NCBI GenBank assembly: GCA_050084985.1
Contig: JBITNC010000001.1
Location: 31,744,001 to 31,808,000, forward strand
From: Nageia nagi
Taxonomy: Eukaryota; Plantae; Pinophyta
Reading direction: 5' to 3'
Length of the DNA: 64,000 nt
The notes under the pieces were generated by a model that searched no databases, was not told the DNA's origin, and saw only the letters and a program-made list of their open reading frames with translations. The position numbers and the translations under genes are program-made. Below are positions 52,506-64,000 of the stretch, piece by piece. The number at the start of each line of letters is the position of its first letter. Position 1 is the stretch's first letter.

Positions 52506-55279
52506 TGGTATCAGAGCCTTCCTTTTGTGGTCTTTTCAAATTTCTACTTGATGATTTTGAAGTAATCCTCCTCAAATTTAAAGTATACCTATCCCCTAAT
52601 CTTGTTTCAATTTTATTTGAAACTTCATTGGTTAATCAATTTCATTTTCTTTTCTTTTTTTGAAGTTGAAAGTTGATATCTATACTATTTTATCTTGAGG
52701 ATAATAGGCTCAAATTTAAGGTTAAATTTTATCTTAATTACTTGTTAGTAGTATTTGAAATTAGATCTAACATATGGTATATGGTTAGAATCTAAGATCT
52801 TAAAATTAGTGCTTCTAATTATTTTTACATAGTAAAATATAATATTTCTTAATTAGATTCTAAAACTATGCTAAGATCTTATGATTTATATATTAGTTGC
52901 AATTTTGTTGAGGTTATTTTTGCTTAAACATATATTATTGTCATTATTTTTTTTGTTAACCTTTTAAGGTATTTGCAAAATTTATTTATCAATTTTTTTA
53001 TCTAATTTGTAACAACAATATGTTGGAAGCATTTAACTAAGTTTGCAATTTTTATATTGGTGTGTTAATATACAAAAATTGCAAATTTTTTAACAAATAT
53101 TGCATTACAATTTTTTTTTGTAAAAATACAATATATTATTGCTATTAGTAACAATTTTTGTTATATATCATTTTAAATTAGCATTAAAATGGTAATAATG
53201 TATTTGTATATTTGCAATTATTTTGGTAACATAATTGCAAATTTTTTATTTTTTTTGTAAATCAAAAGAAAGTGAAAATTTATTTCATACAATACTGATT
53301 TTTAATATATATTGAATTTGCAATATATATATATAGGATTTTTTTTAAACAAAAACATTGTATTTCAAAAAAATAAAACATGTTTACAATGCTTAATTTT
53401 GGTAAAATATTTGTTGATAATAATATTGTATTATATACATTATAATGTAAATATGCGATAATTTTTATTTTTTGGTATGGAGAAAATATTATATCTATAA
53501 TATTTTTTCAAAATGAGTGTTTCTAAAAACAAAAAGGTTTTTCAAAAAATACAAACGTGTAGGGGAGATTTTTTAATAAACCAATTTTTTTTTTTTTTTT
53601 TCGAGTGACAGCTCTGGTTCGCCACAACACTATCACAATAGCGCATGACCCTCTGCTATGAGGAAATATGCACTACTGTTGCTCTCAGCAGAACTGCGCA
53701 TTCCATATAGTCGGCTGAGGATTGCTGTCGTTTGTAAGATGGAGCATAAAAAATCCTTTTTGTTGCAAACCTATAATTTGTTATTCCTCTCATTCTTCAA
53801 ACCTTTGTCTTGTGTTTTAATTTTTTTTTTTTCAAATTGAAAAGTATTTAAATTTGGGTTTTATTTTTTTAAATGGTATTAATAAAAAAGAGGAATTTAA
53901 AAAAAAAAAAAAAAAAAAAGCGCTAAGTTACCTTTTTTTTTTATCACATGCGATGCTTTTTTGTTGGAAGATTTGGTTTATAAAAGCATCCATGATAAAT
54001 TTACATACAAAGGATATTTTTTCTAAAAATAAAGATTCTTGTTGAATTTTTTAAAATTTGGTAAAGTATTTACAAACAAAACACTCTAATAAAAATTATA
54101 TTTTTATAATTTTTTTGTTGATTAATTGGTTAAAATAAAGTTTAATTAGTGCAAATTATTGTCAATTTTTAAATGAATAAAGCATATGTGTTGCTTTTGT
54201 AGGATGAGTTTTTTTTTTGGAAAAATAGTTAACTAGCTTTGATATAACCCCTTATATATCAAAAAACATCGAGAGATATCATTTCGAAAAGATGTGTCTT
54301 TTAATATTTCAGTCGGCTATATTAACGGACAGACTCACATGCGACATTTTGCTCTCCCACTCCACCCCCCATGCTGCAGCTGTAGAAACGCCTCTCGGCG
54401 TAAATATAAAAATGATTTAAATCTTTTTTTTTTGTAAAAATAAATTAATTGCAACTATTATTATTATTATTATTTGTGAAACTTTTACAAGTATTAGATA
54501 ACATTGAACATATTTAAATCAACCTTAATTGATAGAATTAAGTGATAATGTTCAAACTATTGCAACCCTTTTTTACTGCAATTTTGTTCTCTTTATTGTG
54601 TCATTTTGTGGACAAAGGAAAAAAAAATTACCTTATGTGCATGATAAAAGTTTGTTCTTATACTTGGTTATTTGCATTATTTGTTGTAATGCTATGGTGC
54701 TTGTATATGCATATTGTTAAAATGGTTGTAGATGTGCATAGTGAAAATTTGAGTAATTTTTTATGCTTTATTCTTTGGTTGCAAATTAGCATTGATTTAT
54801 AATGTGCATTGAACTTTAAATTGATATTTGTGTAAGTTTTTGAATTTCCAAAATTATTTTTGTTATGCATGTCGTTTGAAGTAAGAAGTTTGTGTAAGCT
54901 TTTTTGAAATATTACTACCTTCATTAATTGTACACATTATTATTTTTTTATTTATCTTACTTAGATATTTTTTTTTTTGTACACATGCTTGTTGGAATAG
55001 AGTTTATAAACTTAATATTAGATAATATACTTGTTAAAGTAAAAAATTTTAAACTTTTTTCACAAGACTTATTGAAGATATTGATAATGCAATATTAATT
55101 TTGCTTTAGAAAGGAAGTGTACAAGTACATTTGAGAAATGTACATTCCTCTTTACATATGTAGAGTTTGTAATATGCTTCAATTTTTTTTTATGAAGTTA
55201 CCTTTAAGGGGAAGTATAAAATCCAAACATATCTTTATCAAGAAGTAATTTTCTAGTGGAACTATGTGTTTATTGTTCA
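52506..55279 (+). mobile_element. Element E internal non-coding leader, no gag/pol seen, interrupted by F
   Basis: tRNA-iMet PBS, then an AT-rich TTGCAATTTTT-type leader that resembles the leader of F (62950-63450, opposite strand). Confidence 0.55.
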
Positions 55280-55778
55280 TCAGAGATATGAACTATCACA
55301 TGAATAACTCTAAACTCCTAAGATCACATGAAAGCTCATAAAACACATCTAACAAATTCACAAAGAAATCTTACAAAGATAACATAAGACGTAAGTGGTT
55401 CTTCTAACTAAGAGTACATCCACTAACTAGATCTCACTTCATTTACAAATATGAATATCTTACAAATCTTCTAATCTCAACTTCTAAATACTATCTTATA
55501 GTATAACTTTATTCCAGCATTGGTATGTGATCACAAAGAGAAAGTCTTCTATTTATATGTAAAAATCCCTCTTTAGATTACCTATTTATGTAATGTATAA
55601 AAGTATGACATGCACATCCTTTTACCCAAGGAGCATGCTCATGATATGAAGTGTAAGATAAGTAATATTATCATATTCACTTAAATACTTAAGGTATCAA
55701 ATGATACCCTTAAGTATTAGTGAACTTACATAGAAGATTATTACATAGCCTTTACAATATGCATTATACATTTCAACA
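55280..55778 (-). repeat. 3' LTR of element F
   Basis: Minus strand starts TGTTGAAATG. Aligns with 63654-64000. Confidence 0.93.
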
Positions 55779-56529
55779 CTCCCTCTTAATGCAATATTGG
55801 GAGAGAGTGAATAAGAGAGAAGAAAGAAAAAAAGTAAGATAGTTCTCCAAATAGATATAATGAAGATGAGAATTTTTTATATATTTATAAAATAAGAAAG
55901 ATCTAGTTTGAGACTCACTACTTTACCAAATAGAATCATTAACCATAACTAATTTTAATGTATATGAAGTAGTCATCCAACTAAAAATTATGAAAAGTCT
56001 CCAAGAGCCTGCATACCTAAGGTAGGTAACTTGCAATCTCAAAAGAACCTATAAATCATAAGTAGCTCAAATAATAAGATCAATTAGATACAACATATTC
56101 ATTTTAATAAATATAGATGAATCACACAAATGCCATCATAAACTAATCAATGGTGCACTATAAGTCATCACGAAAATGCTATGCTAAAAAATTCATAGTT
56201 AATTATTGTATGTAAAATATGTGTTGATTATCATTACAAAATAAAGCATACATATACGAGTTTCTCACATATGGATAACTGAATAGTATCAAAAGACACA
56301 TAAAAGTTTCTCACATATAGATAACTAAATAGTGCTAGATTGACCAATCTTTTGCTCAAAAAATTATACAAGTTCCTCATGTAAAGTAAATTTACCATGA
56401 AGGTGTACAACAAAATCAATATTATACAATATAAAATCCTTATAAGAGTGAAGTTATCATCACAAATATGAATTCAACATAAAAATTCAAACTTCACTCT
56501 CTTTTGAAGGTAACTTCACCAACCTAATA

Positions 56530-59500
56530 GCATTTTTAAGCTTACAGAATTAAACTTCTAAGAGAAGCTTGATGAAAAAATTAATAAAGTTCAAAGTGAA
56601 TGGATAATGCTCCTTATGTATGATGCCATCAAGAACCTTCTCTTTGATAAAATGGGCATAGATTTTTACATATTATATTTTTTGATAGAACATAAAATTC
56701 TTAACTAAAAAAATAATCAACTAATTATCTAAAGAAATCAAAGATGAGCTATCTTACTTATACCTAATTTTTTTCAAAATATGCTTTAACTAAATGGCTT
56801 CTTAGGCTATAATAGACATGATTTGATATTCAACTTTTATGATGAAAAGAAAAATAGTAAGCTATTTCTTTGAAACCTAAGAGATAGTATCTAAACTAAT
56901 GCTAAACACATACATAGATTGATTTTTTTATCATTTTTATCTTCTTCATAATCAGAATATGAGAATCTAGTAAGAACAAATGAAGATAACTTAGAATACT
57001 TAATAATAAGATCTTTAATATTTACAACATATGCTTAATAGCATTAAGGTGCTTAACATAAAGTTTTTGCATAAATCATACCATCAGATTTACTATAAAG
57101 ATAATATTTGATCTAGATATAGTCAAATACAAAAGATTGCTAATTAATTACCTGTAAGTTGTAGCATCAACCAACTAAGAGTTGGAGCTTAGAGAAATAA
57201 TGACTCTAAGAGAGATTGATATTGTAACTTATTTACATTCTTTCATTTTAAATTTTTGTAAGATATCTGATATATACTTAGATTAACTGAGGTAAGTATA
57301 ATCCTTATATTGATACACTTGTATTCTAAGATAGTATTGCAAGATACCAAGATCAATTATTTCGAATATTACTTTAAATTTAGATATGCACTCTTGAATA
57401 ATTTTATCATTATTTTCAGTTATTAGAAGATCATTCACATAAAAGAGAAACAATACCATATCTTTTCTTTGATTAAGTATATATAAATTGAAGTCAAAAA
57501 AATATTTGAAGAAACTAATATTTATAAAATACCTTGAAATCTTCTTTTACCAAGCTCTAAGTGTTTGTTTAAGTCCTTATAATGACTTCTTTAGATTGTA
57601 CACAAATGAATCTATGCTTTTCATAATAAACCCTTCTAGTTGATTTATAAAGATTTTCACATCTAAGTCACTATTGAAAAATGCACTCTTGATGTCAAGT
57701 TGAAAAATTTTCTATCTTTGAGCTACAAAAAGAGCAAAGATAATTCTTATAATAGGTATCTTTACCATGGAAGCAAAGGTTTTCTCATAATCTACATCAT
57801 ATTTTTGAGTAAAACCTTTAACTATTAACTTTATCTTGTATTTTTCAATATCTCTAACTGAAATGAATTTAACCTTATAGATCCACTTATTGCTAATTAT
57901 ATTTTTCTAATTAAGATAAAGAACCAAGTCTCAAGTTTTATTTTTCATAAGCATCTCATACTTCACTTTCATGGCTTCTATCTAGTACTTATGCTTTGAA
58001 ATTTCTTTGAAAGTTAAGGCTCATACTTGTTGTCAATCTTGGTAAATAAATATTTATTTAAGGTCATGCTTCTTGATACCCTTTGAGTTAGAGAGTTTTG
58101 TTCTTGAGGTGACTTATCTAGATCAATATCTAACCAGCTAGGTGTAACTGAAGAGTTCTCTAAATCATCAACATCTTAATTAGAAGTAAATTTTTTAATA
58201 AATTCATTAAACTTTACATTCTTTAAAATAAACATGACTTTGTAGGATGGAGAGTAAAGCCTATAGCCTCTATGCCAACTATTATAACCTATAAAGATAC
58301 ATTTTGTAGCTCTTTTATCTAACTTTTGGTTTTCAAAAATAATATAGGAGATGATTCACAACCAAATACTTTAAAGTGTAAAATGTTAGGTTTTCTTCTT
58401 AACTATGCTTTAAAAAGAGTTTTACCTTAAATAGCTTTTGTAAGATACCTATTCAAGATGTAAATAGCAATGCTCATAGCTTCACCCCATAAAAAATTAA
58501 AAAGATTACCCAAAATTCATCTAGCCATCTTTATAATTATTCTATTTTTTTTAATAGTACCATTTTGCTGAGGAATGTAAGGAATCGTAAATTACCTCTT
58601 GATCCTATACTTAGCATAATAATCATTGAACTCATTGATACTATATTCTTATCCATTATTTAATCTTAATATTTTGAATTTAAGGTTAGTTTGATTCTTA
58701 ATAAAGACTTTAAAAATCTTAAAACTCTCAAAAATTTAATCTTTATGCTCAAGTAGATACCTAAAGGCTATCCTACTAAATTCATCAATGAAAGTTAAAA
58801 CGTAAGATGCTCCTCTAAGTAACTTAGTCTAAAATAGACCCATCAAATTTGAATGCATAAGTTGAAGAGGTTGAGATGCTCTTTTTGCCTTATCTTTTTC
58901 AAACTTTTATTTATATATATTACCAAGAATGCATTTCTCGCATAGACCAATTAAAGAAAAAGTTGAAAGTAAACCTTCCATAAGTTCTTAGTCTTTCATG
59001 ATTTGAATACTCTTGTAGTTAAGGTGCCCTAAATGATAGTGTCAAAGATTGCCTTTAGAACACACACTTGTAGTAAGACACATCTTTAATGAAATTTGAT
59101 CTATAATGTAAAGATTATCTTTCATTGATCTTTTAACTAAAATGGTAAGTCTTTTTTTAATACATCAGAATTGTGAGTTGAACTCAAAAGAGTACCTTTT
59201 TTAGTAACTTAGATTATGAAGAGAAGGTTCATTTTAAGCTTAGAAATATAGAGCACAATGTTAAGAACCTTCTCGTGAATCAACACACTCTCAATTTTTT
59301 AGATTTCAAAAGTAAAGTTATCACCTATCATAATCATATCTTTTTTTATACTTATAAAAGTTTTTAAACTTTTTATTTTCAAAGCATAGGTGATTAGTGC
59401 AACCAGAGTCAACAATCTATTCAAATAAAAAAGAGCAAGATAAGGAGTAGAGCATCATAGCAAAACTAACATGAATATTCTTCTTTCTTTTTAAGTTTTT

Positions 59501-60420
59501 TACATTTTTATAACTTTTATTTTTTTTTTCTTTTTTCTTTTTGTAACAAATAACTTCTTTGTGACTTTGAATGCCATAATAGTTATAAATGCCATCAAAT
59601 TTTTTCTTAATGTAAAGATTTATTGCTTTACCTTTTCAATCTCTTTGCTTGAAATGGTTGTTGTTACCATTATTTTTGCTATTATTTTTATTCTTGTTGT
59701 TACAATTGTTACCATTATTTCTACTGCTATTGTAGCGATTACCTCTTTTTTCAAACCTTTTAAAAATAAGGATAAGTTCTCTTTTGATGGTTAATTTTTT
59801 TTTTTTGAAAAAACTTTTGTTTACTCCAAAAGCAATATTATTATTCTTAAAAAAAATCAACACCTTATTGTTAAGAATTTTTCATGCTTCAAAATATGCC
59901 TAGAAAGGTTCTCAAAGGAGAAAACTTCTTCATCATCAAATACTTATTTCTATAGTCATTACAAAGTTTTTAAATTTTGAATAAAAGCTTTGAAGAATGA
60001 TGAAGATCGTGAACTCATAATTGATCTAATTGCATTTATAAGAAATAAGTTGGATATTTAGGTAAATAATTTTGTTTAAGTAGATGGAAATATTTTCATT
60101 TTTTTTATAAGATTGAAGTAAATTTTAGAGAATAGTAAACCTTCTTGAAAAATTTGAACCAAAGTAGATTTATTTAATTTTATCCCAGTCTTCCTTTATC
60201 GAGGTTGAAGAGAAAATTATCAAGAGCATATCATCTGAAACTGCATAATAAATTATAAAAGTTTCTAACTCATTCTTTATATTGTAAGCCTCTAGTGCCT
60301 TCTTATCTATAGGAGATACAAGGTTCTCATTCACTATTTACCAAAGCTTTTTTACTTACAATTTAGTTCTCATCTATGGTTTCTAAATTTTAAAATTGAA
60401 ACCATCAAAAATATGTTTAG
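56530..60420 (-). pseudogene. Copia gag-pol remnant of F
   Basis: FDGFNFKI (gag), IVDSGCTNH (PR), IPYIPQQNG (INT), QLDIKSAFFNSDL and LYVNDLLI (RT), HFIKEKV (RH). Confidence 0.93.
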
Positions 60421-61299
60421 GTAAAAAATATTCTCCTATTTGCTACCTAAGAATGTGAAAAAAAATAATAAGCATATGTTTTAATAAAAAATATTAAATA
60501 TTCAAGTTTAACCAAGTAAATAATACATGTTAAATTTAACACAAGAAATATGCTTGATTTGATTCACAAGTGCAAATATTTTACAACTCAAATATACATT
60601 TCATGTACTCAAATACATTTCTCATCTCAAGAATAGTAGATGTAAAGTGATATTGTTGAGGTTTATTTTTTTATCTAAAATTAAACCTTCATTTAGATTC
60701 CCACACAAGAGGAGCCCAAGCATTATCAATCCTCAACCAGTTCGCTTTAGAGAATTTTATATTTTCTCATAAAGAGAAGTACCTACTATTTTTCAAGGTT
60801 ATAATATTTATTGGATCAACCAAATTATTAATATTAATTAGGTTTTAAGTTATCCTCTTAGGTTATCAAGATAATCTCTGAGTGGATGTGCAAACATGTG
60901 CTATCACTACACACATACCTATCCACCTATTGGAGTTATGTCTAGATCAATAGAGAACTTAGGATCAATTGATAAGTACAAACTTTTTACCACTTGGATC
61001 ATCGAACTTAAAGGCTCCAATCCACCTATCCTCACCTCATGGCTCCTCAAACAAGTCATGTTACAGAATGTATATGTGGATATGTTCATTTTATAGGGTT
61101 GCTCATATCAATATTTGCATTTTTGTTAGTATAAGCAAATAAAGTAAAAAATAAAATATAAAGTAAAGAGCATAAATAAAATATCATCCATTTAAAATAT
61201 AAAACCTAAGTGTCAAATGGGTTTTGTTTACCAACCCTTAAAGGATATCTTTATATCATATCTAATTTTGCACAAGTCCATTCTTGTATAAGAAGTAAA

Positions 61300-61745
61300 T
61301 TACATCATAACTTAAGATTTTAAGTAATAAGCATGTAGTATTTGACTTAAAAAAAATAAGTATCCAACTTAAAATTTAAGTTCTTAAGCATTCATCACCA
61401 AAAATTAAGTTCTAAGCATGTTTCATTAACTTAAACATTTAAGTACTAAACACGCATCATTTAAGCATAAGTATGCATTAATATAGCTAATAAGTATTAG
61501 GCATGCATAAAATTTAAGTACTAAGCATAAGTATGCATCATTTATGCATTTATAGATGCACTTTTTAACTTAACAATTTTAAGTAAAGAAATATATTTTT
61601 TAACTTAAAAATAAATTGAAATACTTAACAAAAAAGTACTATGCATTTAACTTTTAAGTAATAAGCATTTACTTAAAATTTTAAGCTTTAGTCATTAACT
61701 TAAAAAATTAGGTAAAAATCATATTTTAAACTTTAAGTAAAAAAA
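61300..61745. repeat. Low-complexity array of TTAAG(C/T)A-type motifs in the F leader
   Basis: Recurrent AACTTAA, TTTAAGT and TAAGCAT motifs. Confidence 0.6.
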
Positions 61746-63653
61746 TTCATACAAAATTCCCCCTTTTTATTTAAAGTTGTACCCCTAAAGATAGTATAAA
61801 GGGACTTGTAAAAAAATCCTTTAAGTATGTATCTATTCTACTATTTTTAAGTAGAATGCAAAATAAGTCCTCTTTTAATTAATCATTGACTTTTTAACTT
61901 TAGGTAATTTAGCTAAAAATTATTTATAATCTTAAGGCAGAAGTCAATTATAGCTAAATTTGTCATAACCTATGATGAAAAAATTATGATAAGCATTAAT
62001 TAATTTTTTTTAAGTTAGAGCTCTAAAAAAATGCACACTTACTTTCTTCACACTCTAATGTATTAATGAATTACAAGTTTATTGAAAAAATAGATGAACC
62101 AACAAGTAAGGCCCATGATGCTCCTCCTAGCACTTGAGAGAGAGAGAGAAAAAAATTTAATGCACTTTTACCTCAAGCACTTCAAGTAAAAAAAATACTT
62201 CGAGTCAAAATAAAATGATGATCTAAATAAATAAATAGTATTGTAAGCAAAAATGTAATTGCACCAAAAAGAATACTTGCAAGAATTTAAGAAAATTAAA
62301 TGCTTGAAAACCATAGCTGAGAAGACATTTAAAAAATGGAGGAGAAATAAGTAAAAAATGTGAATTACAAAAAGAATTAAAAAGATTGGAAGGACACAGG
62401 GTAAGGTCAAGCAAAGAGACATCGTAGCTAGCAATGAGGGAGAAGGGGGCGTGCAAAATATAGAGGTTGATGGAGGGTGGCAGGTTGCAGGGTTGCAAAG
62501 GTTGCAAAGCTATGAAGGCTATAGGGGAGTTGATGGAGTGAGGGAGCTACCATCTAGTGGGGTGAGGAAGGAGTCGATCTGAGCATCATAGAGGTGCAAG
62601 GGAGCTTATGGAGTGAGGGAGCTACCATCTAGGGGCGAGAAGGCTCCTAATGCCCATTTTGTGTAGAGACAAACCCAAGGCTCTAATATGAAATTGAAGA
62701 TAAAGACTTCACTTTAGACCCACATGAGAAGAAAAACAAGGTCACATAGAGGCTAAAGGATGAAGGGGAGATCGCAACATGGCATAGCAAAGATAGAGGA
62801 GATTTGTACAAGAAAAAGAAGCAAAAAAAGGAAAATGTCTTATGACCAAATAGACTTATGGAGAGGTGTTTTGAAATAGCCATTCAAAAAATTATTCCAA
62901 TGAGGGGGCTCCAACAACATATTATAAAAAATATTCATATCATTAGATACGTTTTTGAACAAACAAAAAATTATTGTTCTAGTTGGTAAAGTTTTCATAT
63001 TATTATTTTTTTTTTAAACAAAATATCTAACCCCCTTTTTAAAAAAGAAAAAATTAAATTAAATATTTAAAAATAGTAGAAGGATTCTTGTTTTAAATAA
63101 GGCATTTTGTAAATATTTTTTTTAAAAATAAATGATAATTTTTATAGAAATAAGTAAAATGTAATTGCTTTCTTTATATTTTACACTACAATTTGTGTAA
63201 TAGAAAAGTATTTATAAAAAAGCATATTTAACTATAACATGCTATTGCTATTTTTGAGCAAAAATTGCATATAAAAAAAAGTGTTAATAATAATATAGCA
63301 ATGATATGTAACATATATAATTATTTACAAAAAGGAGTATTATATTAAAAAATTCAATTTTTGTATACTAACCATTTTTTTAAAAAAAAAAATGTAACGA
63401 TTAAAAAATTGCAAGTAACATAGAGGGTTAGTAAAAAAAATTGCAATTTTGTTAGCTATAGTTTTCTAAAAAAGGACTAACACATAGTAAGTAATATGTT
63501 AATAACATAATGTGATAATCCATAAAATAACCAAGGAAGAGGAAATTTATACCTTCTCTTAGTTTTACCTCACCAATGGAGTGTAAGATGAGGAATGAAG
63601 AAAGATCACTAAGATGTTGAAGAAGAGCTTCCACACCTCGCTCTGATACTAAA

Positions 63654-64000
63654 TGATAGATATGAACTAGAACATGAACAATTTTAAACTCTCAAGATCA
63701 TATGAAAGCTCACAAAACATATTTAACAAACTTAAAAATCAATCTCATAGAGATAACACGAGATGTAAGTAATTCTTTCAACTATGAATACATCCACTAA
63801 CTAGATCTCATTTCATTCACAAATATGAATCTCTTACAAATCTCCTAAACTCAACTCTTAAGAACTATCCTATAGCATAACTTTACTCCACCATTGATAT
63901 GTGATCACAAAGAGGAAGCTTTCTATTTATAGACCAAAATCTCTCTTTGGATCACTCTTTTATTCAATGTATAAAAGCATGACATGCACATCTTTTTACC
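63654..64000 (-). repeat. 5' LTR of element F (partial)
   Basis: TGATAGATATGAACT... matches 55280 onward, with the PBS adjacent. Confidence 0.93.

Larger units (their letters stand above)
55280..64000 (-). mobile_element. Element F: decayed Ty1/copia LTR retrotransposon (5' LTR runs off window)
   Basis: LTR pair 55280-55778 / 63654->64000. PBS TAGTATCAGAGC (63651-63640). PPT TTAAGAGGGAG (55789-55779). Order gag-PR-INT-RT-RH. Confidence 0.95.

Noticed and set aside
54350-54410. snRNA promoter (USE plus TATA)
   Set aside because: TCCCACTCC deviates from the RTCCCACATCG consensus and no snRNA sequence follows.

Overview
AT-rich (roughly 30% GC by eye), strongly CG/CHG-depleted plant nuclear DNA made almost entirely of old, nested, decayed LTR retrotransposons. 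I found no intact host gene, RNA gene or CRISPR array. The element types (Athila gag with 'EDPDQFLFEF', Tat/Ogre carrying a plant mobile domain) and the heavy deamination suggest a large gymnosperm genome; this is inference. Layout: (A) minus-strand Athila-type Ty3/gypsy 937-30052 with both LTRs, PBS, PPT and TSD. (B) A plus-strand Ogre/Tat element 9416-25728 inserted into the protease of A, with G-patch, dual RNase H and a spliced antisense PMD gene. (C) A pol-less gag+PMD Tat-like element 32186-40980 with a tRNA-Trp PBS. (D) A 3'-truncated Tekay-like gypsy (PBS 47639). (E) A copia-type LTR and leader from 52051 that interrupts D. (F) A minus-strand Ty1/copia from 55280 running off the window end. 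Best leads: intron-containing antisense PMD genes on two unrelated Tat elements, one of them non-autonomous; an apparently inverted LTR clock (nested B looks more diverged than its host A); a tandem duplication with a templated inverted filler; and two islands that escaped CG erosion.
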